DNA of 64,000 bases from Alphaproteobacteria bacterium (GCA_965207785.1 CBDBNO010000010.1:202108-266107), one strand, 5' to 3'. Shown: positions 48,223-58,428, numbered from the stretch's first letter. Program-made: numbers and translations. Notes: generated from the letters alone by a model not told the origin.

Positions 48223-50295
48223 ATGACCCGCGATCAACGGTACGACGTTCTCTTCGAGCCGATACGTATCGGCCCGCTCACGGCCAAGAATCGTTTCTAT
48301 CAGGTGCCGCACTGCACCGGAGCGGGCCACCAGTACATCAATACGCAAAACCGGATCCGCGAGGTTCGCGCGGAAGGCGGATGGGCGGTGGTGTGCACCG
48401 ACATCTGTTCGATCCATCAGACCGCCGACCCCTCGCCCTATGCCTATCTCAAGCTTTGGGACGACGAAGACGCGCGGGCGCTCCGCGCCATGGTCGACGC
48501 CGTCCACCGTCACGACGCACTCGCCGGTTGTCAGCTCATGCACGAGGGCGTGTCGGCCATGAACCGGCTGAGCCGGGAACCGCCTATCGGACCGTCACCC
48601 CGGCCGCATCGCGTCGACCCGCGACAGGCCCGCGCGCTCGACAAGAGCGACATCCGCGAGGTGCGGCGCTGGCAGCGCAAGGCGGCCCAGCGAGCCAAGG
48701 AGATCGGTTTCGACCTGGTTTATGTCTACGCGGCCCACGGGCTTTCCCTTGCGCTCGACTTCCTCTCGTCCCGAGTTAACCGGCGCTGCGACGAGTACGG
48801 CGGCAGTCTCGAGAACCGGGCCCGTTTGCTGCGCGAGCTCATCGAGGAGACCAAGGATGCGGTGGGCGATAGCTGTGCCGTCGCCGTGCGTCTGGCCGTC
48901 GACGAAGTTGCGGGCGAGCGGGGCATTACGTCGGAGCGCGAGGGCCGAGAGGTCGTCGAGATGCTGGCCGAGTTACCCGACCTTTGGGACGTCAATGTCG
49001 GCGGCACGGAACATGACAGTCCGACAGCGCGTTTCGCAGAGGAAGGGCACCATGAGTCCTATGTTTCCTTCGTCAAGAAAGTAACGACCAAGCCGGTCGT
49101 CGGCGTCGGCTGGTTTACCTCGCCCGACACCATGGTCGGCCAGATTCGGCGCGGTGTGCTGGATCTGATCGGCGCTGCACGCCCGGGCATCGCCGATCCG
49201 TTCCTGCCGCGCAAGATCGAGGAAGGACGCCAGGACGACATACGCGAATGCATCGCCTGCAACATCTGTCTGGCCAGTGAATACATCGTCGCGCCGCTGC
49301 GATGTACCCAAAACCCGACGGTTGGCGAGGAGTGGCGCCGCGGATGGCATCCCGAGAACATCCCGGCCAGGGGCTCGGACAGTAGCGTCCTGGTCGTCGG
49401 CGCGGGGCCCGCGGGGCTCGAGGCCACGCGGGCGCTCGGTCAGCGCGGTTACAAGGTCACCCTGGCCGAGGCAGGACGCGACCTCGGCGGCCGCGTCAGC
49501 CGGGAATGCCGTCTTCCCGGCATGGGGTCCTATGCGCGGGTCCGGGATTGGCGGGTCGCGCAGATTTCGCGCATGAGCAATGTCGAAGTCTTTCGCGAGA
49601 GTCGGCTCGCCGCCGACGATGTTCTCGCCTTTGGCGCGGATCACGTCGTGTTCGCGACGGGTGCTCGCTGGCGCGCCGATGGCGTTGGCCGAAGTAACTT
49701 CGAACCGATTGCGAACGACGGTAGCTTGATCATGCTGACACCAGACGATGTTCTCGACGGTTGTGCCGTCGAGGGTCCGGTCGTGATCTTCGACGACGAT
49801 GGTTACTACATGGCTGCCACGATCGCCGAGAGACTGCGTGCCGAGGGGCATGCGGTGAGCCTTGCCTGTCCCGAGGGCAGGGCCGCGTCGTGGATGGGAC
49901 ACACCGCCGAGCTCCGGCCCATGAACCGCCGTTTGCTGGAGGCCGGCGTCAACATCCTTCCAAACCGGACCCTCGTCGCAATCCGTAATGCCTCGGTCGA
50001 CCTTGCCTGCGTTTTCACCGAGGCGGTGGAGCCGATGCCGGCCCGGACGGTCGTGTCGGTTACCATGCGCCGCGAGGAGGCCGGGGTTTACGATTGCCTG
50101 CACGGTGATCCCGATGGCCTGGCGGCGTCCGGAATCCGAACGATTCGCCTCATCGGCGACTGCTGGGCTCCGGGTATCATCGCCGAAGCCGTGCACAGCG
50201 GCCACCGCTATGCGCGAGAACTCGACGCCGCCGATCCGGGCGACCTGCCGTATCGGGTCGAGCATACGGTTCTCGACGGACATGCCGCCGCCTGA
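48223..50295 (+). CDS. OYE-like FMN + FAD/NAD(P)-binding iron-sulfur flavoprotein (trimethylamine dehydrogenase / N-methylproline demethylase / 2,4-dienoyl-CoA reductase family)
   Basis: Old-yellow-enzyme TIM barrel. CIACNICL 4Fe-4S motif. C-terminal GxGxxG (VVGAGPAGLE). 690 aa. Confidence 0.8.
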   Translation: MTRDQRYDVLFEPIRIGPLTAKNRFYQVPHCTGAGHQYINTQNRIREVRAEGGWAVVCTDICSIHQTADPSPYAYLKLWDDEDARALRAMVDAVHRHDALAGCQLMHEGVSAMNRLSREPPIGPSPRPHRVDPRQARALDKSDIREVRRWQRKAAQRAKEIGFDLVYVYAAHGLSLALDFLSSRVNRRCDEYGGSLENRARLLRELIEETKDAVGDSCAVAVRLAVDEVAGERGITSEREGREVVEMLAELPDLWDVNVGGTEHDSPTARFAEEGHHESYVSFVKKVTTKPVVGVGWFTSPDTMVGQIRRGVLDLIGAARPGIADPFLPRKIEEGRQDDIRECIACNICLASEYIVAPLRCTQNPTVGEEWRRGWHPENIPARGSDSSVLVVGAGPAGLEATRALGQRGYKVTLAEAGRDLGGRVSRECRLPGMGSYARVRDWRVAQISRMSNVEVFRESRLAADDVLAFGADHVVFATGARWRADGVGRSNFEPIANDGSLIMLTPDDVLDGCAVEGPVVIFDDDGYYMAATIAERLRAEGHAVSLACPEGRAASWMGHTAELRPMNRRLLEAGVNILPNRTLVAIRNASVDLACVFTEAVEPMPARTVVSVTMRREEAGVYDCLHGDPDGLAASGIRTIRLIGDCWAPGIIAEAVHSGHRYARELDAADPGDLPYRVEHTVLDGHAAA

Positions 50296-50385
50296 ACGCC
50301 AGCCATGCGACCGACATCGTCGTGCAACGACAGTCCCGGGTGCGCGGCTGGGGCCTGCTCCGACACGCTTGTCCCGGGTCGGCGC

Positions 50386-50419
50386 TTGACTTTGAACATT
50401 TATTGAAATATTTTTTCAA
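50386..50419 (+). promoter_or_regulatory. Putative promoter with overlapping operator (TTGACT -35-like hexamer plus inverted repeat TTGAAA-N5-TTTCAA over the -10 region) upstream of the SBP gene
   Basis: Read directly. This is the only AT-rich block in the 193-bp intergenic region. Confidence 0.3.
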
Positions 50420-50488
50420 ATCAGTTCTCGGCGCTGACTTTCGCTTCGCTGTGCGAACCGGTGCAAGGTCTCAAACCCCTGGGAGGAT

Positions 50489-52075
50489 GTGATGACGATG
50501 ATGGGACAACTGGATGAGTTTCTTCGGACAGTGCGCCCGTCGAGGCGCGACTTCATGGCACAGGCGGCCGCATTCGGCGTGGCCAGCGCTGTCGCCTCGA
50601 CCATGTGGTCGCGTTCGGCCAAAGCGGCTCCGAGTCGAGGTGGCGATCTCAAGGTCGGCATCGGTCAGGGTTCGACCGGTGACACTTTAGACCCTGTCGG
50701 GACCGGCAACGTTTATGTCTATGTTGCGCGGTGGTCATCCTTCAACAATCTGATCGAGCTTGACTCGAACAAGAACCCGCTCCCCGAACTGGCCGAAAGC
50801 TGGGACGTGAGCTCCGACGCGACGGACTGGCTGTTTACCCTTCGCCGCGGCGTTACATTCCACAATGGCAAGACGCTCGACGCCGATGACGTCGTTTATT
50901 CGATCAATCTGCACCGGGGCGAGGATTCGCCATCATCTGCCAAACCTCTGCTTAGCGGCGTCTCCGATGTAACAGCCGAAGCTCCGGACAAGGTCCGCTT
51001 CCGTTTGTCGTCGAGCCAGGCCGAGCTGCCGTACATCCTCGCCGATTATGCTCTTTGTATCGTCCCTGCCGGTCACGACGACTGGGACAATCCGGTCGGT
51101 ACGGGCGGTTACGTCGTGGAGAGCTGGGAGCCCGGTGTCACCAGCTTGTTTACGCGCAATCCGGACTACTGGAAGCCGGACCGTGCCTGGGTCGATTCGG
51201 TCGAGCTGCTCTCAATCACCGACGTGGCGGCCCGGATGAGCGCCCTGCAGAGCGGCGCCGTTCACGCGATCGACCGGATCGATCCTAGATTGGCCGCCTT
51301 GGTCGCCGAAACCGAGGGGTTGAAGGTGGTCAGCTCCAAGGATCAGAACTACTTCAACAGCCTGATGCGTTGCGACGAAGGGCCGTTTGCGAACAACGAC
51401 ATCCGTCTCGCCTTCAAGTATCTTCTGCAACGACAGCAGATGGTTGACGCGTTGCTCGGCGGCTTCGGCACGGTCGGCAACGATCACTGCGTGCCGTCAA
51501 GCGATCCGATGTTCAATCACGAGTTGCCCCAGCGGCCCTACGACCCGGAAAAGGCGGCCTGGCACTTGCAGCAGGCGGGTGAGGACTCCTTTGCGGTGGA
51601 TCTCTACACCTCGACGGCCGGTCATCCCGAGGGGGTGAACGCGGCGGTCCTCATGCAGGAAGCGGCGAAGGGCGGGGGTGTTGACATCAACGTGATCCGC
51701 ACTCCGGCGGACGGGTACTGGTCGGACGTGTGGATGCAGAAGCCCTTCTGCATCTCGATCTGGGGCGTGCGCCCGACACCGGCAATGCAGATGAACCTGG
51801 CCTATCGGTCGGGCGCGCCGTGGAACGACACCTATTTCAGCGACCCGCAGTTCGACCAGTTGCTCGACCAGGTGCAGGTCGAAACCGACGAGGAGCGTCG
51901 CAAGCAAATCTACTGGGATCTCCAGGAGATTCTGTCGGATAACGGCGGCGCCGGCATCTTTGCCTTCATACATGTCAACGACGGCTACAGTGAGAGCGTG
52001 GAGGGAACCCAGCCCGATGCGGTGCGCGAGATGTATGGCTGCCGTGTCGGCGAGAGGGTCTGGCTGGAAAGTTGA
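50489..52075 (+). CDS. ABC transporter periplasmic substrate-binding protein (family 5 / peptide-nickel-type), Tat-exported
   Basis: Twin-arginine motif SRRDFMAQAAAFGVA. SBP_bac_5-like length of 528 aa. Confidence 0.8.
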   Translation: MMTMMGQLDEFLRTVRPSRRDFMAQAAAFGVASAVASTMWSRSAKAAPSRGGDLKVGIGQGSTGDTLDPVGTGNVYVYVARWSSFNNLIELDSNKNPLPELAESWDVSSDATDWLFTLRRGVTFHNGKTLDADDVVYSINLHRGEDSPSSAKPLLSGVSDVTAEAPDKVRFRLSSSQAELPYILADYALCIVPAGHDDWDNPVGTGGYVVESWEPGVTSLFTRNPDYWKPDRAWVDSVELLSITDVAARMSALQSGAVHAIDRIDPRLAALVAETEGLKVVSSKDQNYFNSLMRCDEGPFANNDIRLAFKYLLQRQQMVDALLGGFGTVGNDHCVPSSDPMFNHELPQRPYDPEKAAWHLQQAGEDSFAVDLYTSTAGHPEGVNAAVLMQEAAKGGGVDINVIRTPADGYWSDVWMQKPFCISIWGVRPTPAMQMNLAYRSGAPWNDTYFSDPQFDQLLDQVQVETDEERRKQIYWDLQEILSDNGGAGIFAFIHVNDGYSESVEGTQPDAVREMYGCRVGERVWLES

Positions 52076-52259
52076 GCCGGGTTCGGGACGCGGCCTCCGG
52101 CGGCTGGCCCGTGTGACCTGGGCAGTCGCGAAGCGGCCTCAAGCCACCGTGCCGCGGGTGATGTGCGCCGTCGTGTTGCCACGTGACCGAATGCCTTGTT
52201 GAACAATTGTTCCCCATCGGGAAGTCTTTGCCCGAATCCAACGACTGGGGAGGTTTTGC

Positions 52260-53807
52260 ATGGGGTTGCGTGTGCCATTGGGCACCGTGCTCGAGCGTCA
52301 GGCCGAGAGGCGCGGCGACAACCCGTTCCTGACTATTGTCGACGACGATACTTGCCTGAGCTATCGCGAATTCAACGAGCTGGTGAACCGCGCCGCCCAC
52401 GGCCTGGCCGAGCTCGGCGTGACGAAGGGCGACTACATCGGCGTGATGCTGCGCAACGCGCTTGAGCCGCTTGTTGTGTCTTATGCCCTCAAAAAGCTCG
52501 GGGCGATCGAGGTCGCGATCAACTGCGACTTTCGTGGGCCCGGCCTCGCGCGCATGCTCAATCTCACGCGTAATCCGCTGCTGCTCACCGAGACCGGATT
52601 CCTCGAGCCGCTTCGGCAGATCGCCGGCGAACTGACCGATTTGACCACGTTGGTCGTCAAGGGCGATCTGTCCGCCGTCGACGTCGAACTGGGCGACCGC
52701 AAGGTGATTCCGTTCGAGACCATTCTCTCGGACCGAACCGACAATCCGGGTGTCGCGGTGCGCGACGTCGATCTCGCCCTGGTGCTCTTCTCCTCGGGCA
52801 CCACGGGTCTGTCGAAGGGGCAGCTTTCGACTCATCGTTTCGCGGTCCGCACCGCCGAGGGTGTCGCAAACAATTACGGCCTGACCGAGGACGACGTGGT
52901 CTACACGCCTTGGCCGCTCCATCACCTCGGCGCCGCGATTGCGGAGTTCGTCCCGGCGCTGCTCACGGGTGGCCAGGTGGTGCTGCGCGGAAAGCTGTCG
53001 GTCAGTCGCTACTGGGACGAGGTGCGGCGGTACGGTGCGACCTGGTGCATGATGCAGGGTGGTTTGCAGAAATGGCTCTGGGACCTGCCGCCGAGCCCGG
53101 ACGATCAAAACCACAAGGTCCGCCTGGCCTGGGGCGGGCCGTTCCCGGTGAACCGCCCGGCCTTCGAGGAGCGCTTCGGGCTCAAGACGGGCTACTGCTT
53201 CGGCATGAGCGATATGGGCATGTGCAGCTATCAGTCGATCACGGAGCCCGAACCGCCAAACTCCTGCGGCAAGATCCTCAAGGACCTCTTCGATGTCCGC
53301 ATCGTTGACGACGACGACGAGGAGCTGCCGACCGGCGAGGTGGGCGAGATCGTGGTCCGCCCGCTCGAACCACACATCATCATCGAGCAGTACTTCGGCA
53401 TGCCCGAGTACACGCTTCAGGCGTTCCGCAATCTCTGGTTCCACACCGGCGACGTCGGCTACTTCGACAAAGACGGCTACCTCTTCTTCCTCGAGCGGAA
53501 GAAGCAGGTCATCAAGCACGGCGGCGAGAACATTCTCCCCACCGAGGTCGAGGAGGGAATTCACAGCCACCCCGATGTCGAGTTCTCCGCCGTGATCGGC
53601 GTGCCGAATGATGCGGGCGAGGAGGACGTCAGAGCCTTCGTTCAGCTGCGCCCGGGCGGCGCCGTGACGGCCGAAGAGTTGCGTGACCACTGCAGCGAAC
53701 GTATGGCCAAGTGGATGGTCCCGGCATCGATCACGATACTTGACGAATTGCCGATGACCACAACCGGCAAACCTGCCCTGGCGGAGTTGCGCGAGATGGG
53801 TTCGTGA
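52260..53807 (+). CDS. AMP-dependent synthetase/ligase (acyl-CoA / betaine-CoA ligase-like)
   Basis: AMP-binding motifs (LFSSGTTGLSKG; YHTGD; GEIVVRP). Confidence 0.85.
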   Translation: MGLRVPLGTVLERQAERRGDNPFLTIVDDDTCLSYREFNELVNRAAHGLAELGVTKGDYIGVMLRNALEPLVVSYALKKLGAIEVAINCDFRGPGLARMLNLTRNPLLLTETGFLEPLRQIAGELTDLTTLVVKGDLSAVDVELGDRKVIPFETILSDRTDNPGVAVRDVDLALVLFSSGTTGLSKGQLSTHRFAVRTAEGVANNYGLTEDDVVYTPWPLHHLGAAIAEFVPALLTGGQVVLRGKLSVSRYWDEVRRYGATWCMMQGGLQKWLWDLPPSPDDQNHKVRLAWGGPFPVNRPAFEERFGLKTGYCFGMSDMGMCSYQSITEPEPPNSCGKILKDLFDVRIVDDDDEELPTGEVGEIVVRPLEPHIIIEQYFGMPEYTLQAFRNLWFHTGDVGYFDKDGYLFFLERKKQVIKHGGENILPTEVEEGIHSHPDVEFSAVIGVPNDAGEEDVRAFVQLRPGGAVTAEELRDHCSERMAKWMVPASITILDELPMTTTGKPALAELREMGS

Positions 53808-53893
53808 GGCCCGATCGCGTGCGGCTCGCTCTGTCCTCTGTGACACCCTATGCTCGATGTCTTTCCGACGGACCAGGCAAGGAGGAGGCTTCC

Positions 53894-54229
53894 ATGAGCG
53901 CCGGCCGACGCATTCAGAACATCTACGAGACACCCTTCGAACCCTACGACATGGACGGACCTCTGGAAGGGGACAAGACCTGGCTGCCCGTGAGCTGGAC
54001 CAAGGAGTCGGGGCGCGGCTGCTACCTGATTCGCATGGAACCCGGATCCGAGACCATTCCCCATGAACACCGCTGCCGGGAGGAGTTCCTCATCCTGGAG
54101 GGCGAGCTCATCGAGAGCGACGGCACCGTGCTCAAAACCGGCGACATGGTGAGCTATGACAAGGGGACCTATCACAATTCGCGCACCGAGACCGGCTGTC
54201 TGCTGATCGGTTTCGACTGGCTGCCCTGA
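53894..54229 (+). CDS. Cupin-domain protein
   Basis: AAGGAGGA RBS. Cupin motif pair (PHEHRCREEFLILEGEL...GDMVSYDKGTYH). Confidence 0.65.
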   Translation: MSAGRRIQNIYETPFEPYDMDGPLEGDKTWLPVSWTKESGRGCYLIRMEPGSETIPHEHRCREEFLILEGELIESDGTVLKTGDMVSYDKGTYHNSRTETGCLLIGFDWLP

Positions 54230-54233
54230 CGCG

Positions 54234-55002
54234 ATTGGAACCGGCAACCTGAATCTCGATGCGGCAGGCGCCTCAGGCGAAGGTCCGTACCGGTTCACCC
54301 AGGATTGACATGTCCGGCTCGACGCCCAGACCGGGTTTCTCGTTGGGTTCGAGAAATCCGTCGACAACCCTTGGCGCATCTTCGTCGTAGCGCATGTTGG
54401 AGAAGTAGGAGGAGACGTAGGTCGCGGCGAAGGTGGCGTCCGGTGTCGAGACCGCCATGTGCGCCTGCGCCGCCGCGGAGAGATCCGCCCCCCAGGCATC
54501 GTCGACGGTCATGAACTTGCCCGCCGCGGTGCACACATCGCGGATGAGGCGCATGCCCGTGATGCTGCCGACCCGGGTGATCTTGCAACCGATGCCCTCG
54601 AATCAGTTGTCGGCAAGCCCCTGCAGCAACACATGGATGTCCGCCATGCACTCGTCGAGGATCATGGGCTGGCACACCTGACGGCGAATGGAGAGGCATT
54701 CGGCATAGGTCAGGCACGGCTGCTCGATGTAGAAGTCGACGTCTTCGGTCAGCCTGAGGACGCGCAGCGCCTCGTGGGTCTTCCAGGCCTTGTTGGCGTC
54801 CACCACCAGGGTTTCACCTGGCTGAATGCATGCTCCCGCCATGTGTATGCGCGCGATGTCCTGTTCGAAGTTGCTGCCCCTCCCCGCCTTGACCTGAAAA
54901 TGGGTGAAGCCCTCGTCGCGATACTGCGACATGCGCCGTTTCACGGTTTCGGACGGACCCATCTCGATCTCGGGATAGGCGCGGGCCTTCTCCTGCATGC
55001 GC
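54234..55002. repeat. 769-bp direct repeat copy 1 (about 95% identical to 56934..57699): displaced duplicate of the 3' part of the enolase-superfamily gene plus its downstream flank
   Basis: Aligned by eye over the full length. Both repeat ends were located: the start at ttggaacc(g/a)gcaacctgaatctcg and the end at tcctgcatgcgc. Confidence 0.8.
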
Positions 55003-55193
55003 GGCAGCGACGGCTCGTTTGCGATCGACGCAATGGCAGCCGCAATCGAGAGTGGATTCGATCGGCTGGGCTGACCTGCTCGGCGAGGCGATTGCGCCGT
55101 CGAGATTGCTGAACGTGACGTTCTGCGAGGGTGACGTGGTGCGTCCGAAGCCCGTTCGAGCTCACCCCGTCGTCTGGCGTGGGCAACATTCAA
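54273..55193 (-). pseudogene. Enolase-superfamily gene fragment (lacks about 90 N-terminal codons; internal TGA)
   Basis: Two ORFs (54273..54554 and 54603..55193) together reproduce residues MQEKARAYPEIEMGP...EPVRTFA of the intact paralogue at 56970..58073. Where the intact copy has TGC (Cys in LADNCFEG), this copy has TGA. Confidence 0.75.
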
Positions 55194-55392
55194 TCCGAAC
55201 GATAGATGGTCTCATGTCGTGCCTGTCTACGATTGCGCCGCCACAGGACGACATTGTGCCGATAAATCAAAGTGCTATCGCTTCACTTGTGGATCGTCTC
55301 CCCGACAAAGGCGCGAACGTACACGCACCGGCTAACTTCTCGGTGTTGACGCGCCAGATGACTTTTCGAGTGATTTTGCAGAAAGGTCCGTC

Positions 55393-55700
55393 ATGTCAAC
55401 ACCGCAGGGGAAGAGAACTGCCAACCTGAAGCTCACCCTGAACAGGCGCAGTGTGGAAGCGCTGGTGACCGCCGACAAACCCTACATCGCTTGGGACGAC
55501 AGGCTCACAGGCTTCGGCGTGCGCGTGCAGCCCACCTGCATGCGGTCCTATCTCGTCAACTACCGTGCCGACGGCGCAGGCCGGAAGGCGGCCAACGGAC
55601 GGGTCGTGCCGGGACGCCACGGGACTATGACGCCCGAGCGGGCCCGGCGCATGGCGCATGAAACCCTGGGACGCTTCGCTGCTGGCGAGGACCCCGCAGG
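55393..55700 (+). pseudogene. Phage-type tyrosine integrase, N-terminal arm-binding (DUF4102-like) fragment only
   Basis: LKLTLNRRSVEALVTADKPYIAWDDRLTGFGVRVQPTCMRSYLVNYRADG...MTPERARRMAHETLGRFAAGEDP matches the integrase N-terminal domain. Downstream sequence in this frame is low-complexity, with no catalytic R..HxxR..Y region. Confidence 0.6.
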
Positions 55701-55871
55701 CGAGCGCGCCGGAAGACGCGCGACGCCGACGCGGTCCACGATCTGCAGCCGAATCCGCTCGCCATCACTCTGGTTTGCGAGAACGGATCGGATCGGTACG
55801 CGGGGTGCTATCCGGTTTGTTGTCGCTTCTTTTCAGGGGCGGCTTCTCGTTGGCGTGGCTCTCATGTCCGA

Positions 55872-56912
55872 TTACAAGTCGTTTGGCGCCTTGCGGTCCG
55901 CCGACGCCAGCGTCTCGAATTCGCATCTCGCCTCCTCGAGCTCGCCTATCGCATCGGCGAGCGCTTCGCCAAACGATTCGGGCGGACCGTCGAACGGCAG
56001 CCTGTCGATGGTATGGTCGAGCTTGTAGCGCGCCCGCCAGGCCTTGTGGCGTGCGAACTCCTGGCGAATGGTCGGCGAGTTCCATCGTCGGATCTCCGGC
56101 CAGTGGGTGGCGTCCGGAAAGCGAAGGTCCCGGGCGATGAAGCCCGGCACAAAGACGCAGCGTTCCGCAGGCTTTCGCAGCGGCTCGCCACGGTGCAGGA
56201 CGAGGTTGCCTTGCATGAACATGCCGAATCCCGCCTCGGCACAGGTGACTCTCTCGATGCGTTCGGACGGGAAGTCTGGAAACGCCCCGACGGTCGTGCG
56301 CAACCGCGATGGATCGTCCATGCCGGCCAGCACCGCCGCCTCGTCGACGGTACCCCTGAAGTACTCGAAGGCGCCGCCATCGAGCACCGTCGGATCGCTC
56401 ACCATGATGACGAGACCGAATCCGAGCGAGTCCAGATGCCAGCCTTGGTTCGTCTTCTCGACCTCCGGCGGCGCGTAGATGAAGCTCGCGGCGAGCGTTG
56501 GCAACGTGTGCGATATCAGCGGCGTGCCGGCAATCCCGGAGAGGAACTGGGACAAACGGGGACACGCACAGAAGTCACGGATGAACTTCGAAGAGAACGC
56601 CGCCCCTCGGGGCTTGATGTAAGTGGCGTCGGGGTCGCCCTCGGTAGGCGGCCGCATCCGCTTGAAGGCCTCACCGACCTCGCGCAGCGCCGCCACGCCC
56701 TGCTCGCTCAGCACCCTGAAGGACGTCGTCATCGCGACGTCGGAGGCGTGCGTGGAACACTCCCTTGCGCTGTACCCGAAATCGCGCAAGCGATACACCA
56801 TCTCCGGAGGTTCAAGCGCCAAATGGCGTTCGGAATCGAACTCGGGCTCCCGATCGAGGGGCGTGTAGCACGCGGGGATCCTCTCGGGGAACAAGATGCC
56901 GTTTGCGATCAT
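55872..56912 (-). CDS. Hypothetical protein, possible Fe(II)/2OG-oxygenase-like fold
   Basis: 346-aa ORF between the two repeat copies. Has an HxD (WHLDSLGFG) and a distal His (LVLHRGEP). No confident family assignment. Confidence 0.5.
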   Translation of the reverse strand: MIANGILFPERIPACYTPLDREPEFDSERHLALEPPEMVYRLRDFGYSARECSTHASDVAMTTSFRVLSEQGVAALREVGEAFKRMRPPTEGDPDATYIKPRGAAFSSKFIRDFCACPRLSQFLSGIAGTPLISHTLPTLAASFIYAPPEVEKTNQGWHLDSLGFGLVIMVSDPTVLDGGAFEYFRGTVDEAAVLAGMDDPSRLRTTVGAFPDFPSERIERVTCAEAGFGMFMQGNLVLHRGEPLRKPAERCVFVPGFIARDLRFPDATHWPEIRRWNSPTIRQEFARHKAWRARYKLDHTIDRLPFDGPPESFGEALADAIGELEEARCEFETLASADRKAPNDL

Positions 56913-56933
56913 GGTATCGACCTCATCACCCTT

Positions 56934-57699
56934 GGAACCAGCAACCTGAATCTCGATGCGGCCGGCGCCTCAGGCGAAGGTCCGGATCGGTTCACCCAGG
57001 ATTGACATGTCCGGTTCGACGCCCAGACCGGGTTTCTCGTTGGGTTCGAGGAAACCGTCGACAACCCTTGGCGCATCTTCGTCGTAGCGCATGTTGGAGA
57101 AGTAGGAGGAGACGTAGGTCGCGGCGAAGGTGGCGTCCGGTGTCGAGACCGCCATGTGCGCCTGTGCCGCCGCGGAGAGGTCCGCCCCCCAGGCATCGTC
57201 CACGGTCATGAATTTGCCCGCCGCGGTGCACACATCGCGGATGAGGCGCATGCCGGTGATGCCGCCGACCCGGGTGATCTTGCAACCGATGCCCTCGAAG
57301 CAGTTGTCGGCAAGCCCCTGCAGCAACACATGGATGTCCGCCATGCACTCGTCGAGGATCATGGGCTGGCGCACCTGGTGGCGAATGGAGAGGCATTCGG
57401 CATAGGTCAGGCACGGCTGCTCGATATAGAAGTCGACGTCTTCGGTCAGCCTGAGGACGCGCAGCGCCTCGTGGGTCTTCCAGGCCTTGTTGGCGTCCAC
57501 CACCAGGGTCTCACCCGGCTGAATGCATGCGCCCGCCATGCGTATGCGCGCGATGTCCTGTTCGAAGTTGCTGCCCCTCCCCGCCTTGACCTGAAAATGG
57601 GTGAAGCCCTCGGCGCGGTACTGCGACATGCGCTGTTTCACGGTCTCGGGCGGACCCATCTCGATCTCGGGATAGGCGCGGGCCTTCTCCTGCATGCGC
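56934..57699. repeat. Direct repeat copy 2 (within and downstream of the intact enolase-superfamily gene 3' end)
   Basis: See copy 1. Confidence 0.8.
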
Positions 57700-58073
57700 C
57701 CGCCGATCAGATGATAGAGAGGCCGGTCGTAGGCCTTGCCGACAATGTCCCAGCAGGCGATGTCGATCGCCGACTTCGCGTAACCGCCGCCCATCAGCCA
57801 ACGGTTCATCGTGGCATTGATGCGATCTGTCTGGGTCGGATCCTCTCCGATCAGCCCCGGTGCCATTTCCTCGATCGCCGCACGTACCCCCAGCGCGTGT
57901 TCGGGCTGGTAGGTCGAGGCAATCGGGCAGACCTCGCCCCACCCGACGAGGTCTGAGTCCGTTTCCAGCCGCACGACGGTGTCGTCCAGGGATTCGTAGG
58001 TTCTGTTGGGATAGCGTTTGGGCTTCTCGAGCGGAATGTCGAGTTGAAACACGTCAATCCGAGATATCTTCAT
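56970..58073 (-). CDS. Enolase-superfamily enzyme (mandelate racemase/muconate lactonizing enzyme family; HpbD/proline-betaine-epimerase-like)
   Basis: 367 aa. KxK...D...E...D metal ligands in MR/MLE arrangement (FQVKAGRGSN...VVDANKAW...FYIEQPC...ILDECMAD). Confidence 0.85.
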   Translation of the reverse strand: MKISRIDVFQLDIPLEKPKRYPNRTYESLDDTVVRLETDSDLVGWGEVCPIASTYQPEHALGVRAAIEEMAPGLIGEDPTQTDRINATMNRWLMGGGYAKSAIDIACWDIVGKAYDRPLYHLIGGRMQEKARAYPEIEMGPPETVKQRMSQYRAEGFTHFQVKAGRGSNFEQDIARIRMAGACIQPGETLVVDANKAWKTHEALRVLRLTEDVDFYIEQPCLTYAECLSIRHQVRQPMILDECMADIHVLLQGLADNCFEGIGCKITRVGGITGMRLIRDVCTAAGKFMTVDDAWGADLSAAAQAHMAVSTPDATFAATYVSSYFSNMRYDEDAPRVVDGFLEPNEKPGLGVEPDMSILGEPIRTFA

Positions 58074-58428
58074 CTGATTCCTCCGTCTGTCGGGCGGGAC
58101 GATAACGAGCTTGTCTGCAAGGGCCTTGGCCAGGAACTCTTCCTGCGCGACCGCTCTCGCGCAAGCGTCAATCGGCCCCCTTGCAAACGCGGAAACTCCG
58201 GCGCGACGCCTGCGGCCAACACCTTGATGAGCACTTCACCAGCCTTGAAGGATCGTTGCGGTGGCGGAGCCCGTCGAGACCGCCATGGCCGACAGGCCAA
58301 ACGGGGGACATCCGCGATGCAATCGTCGCGAGCATGCCGGCGAACTCGCCACGGCACCGTCTTGACGACGTCGATGTCGCGGCGCGTAATGACGAGACAG
58401 GAGCGCGGGTGCAGTTGAGACGGACCGG

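Noticed and set aside
51975-53933. 652-aa minus-strand ORF
   Set aside because: Antisense to the AMP-dependent ligase gene, which has canonical AMP-binding motifs.
56013-57005. 330-aa plus-strand ORF
   Set aside because: Antisense to the 55872..56912 gene and to the repeat. It has high Arg/Gly content and no motif.
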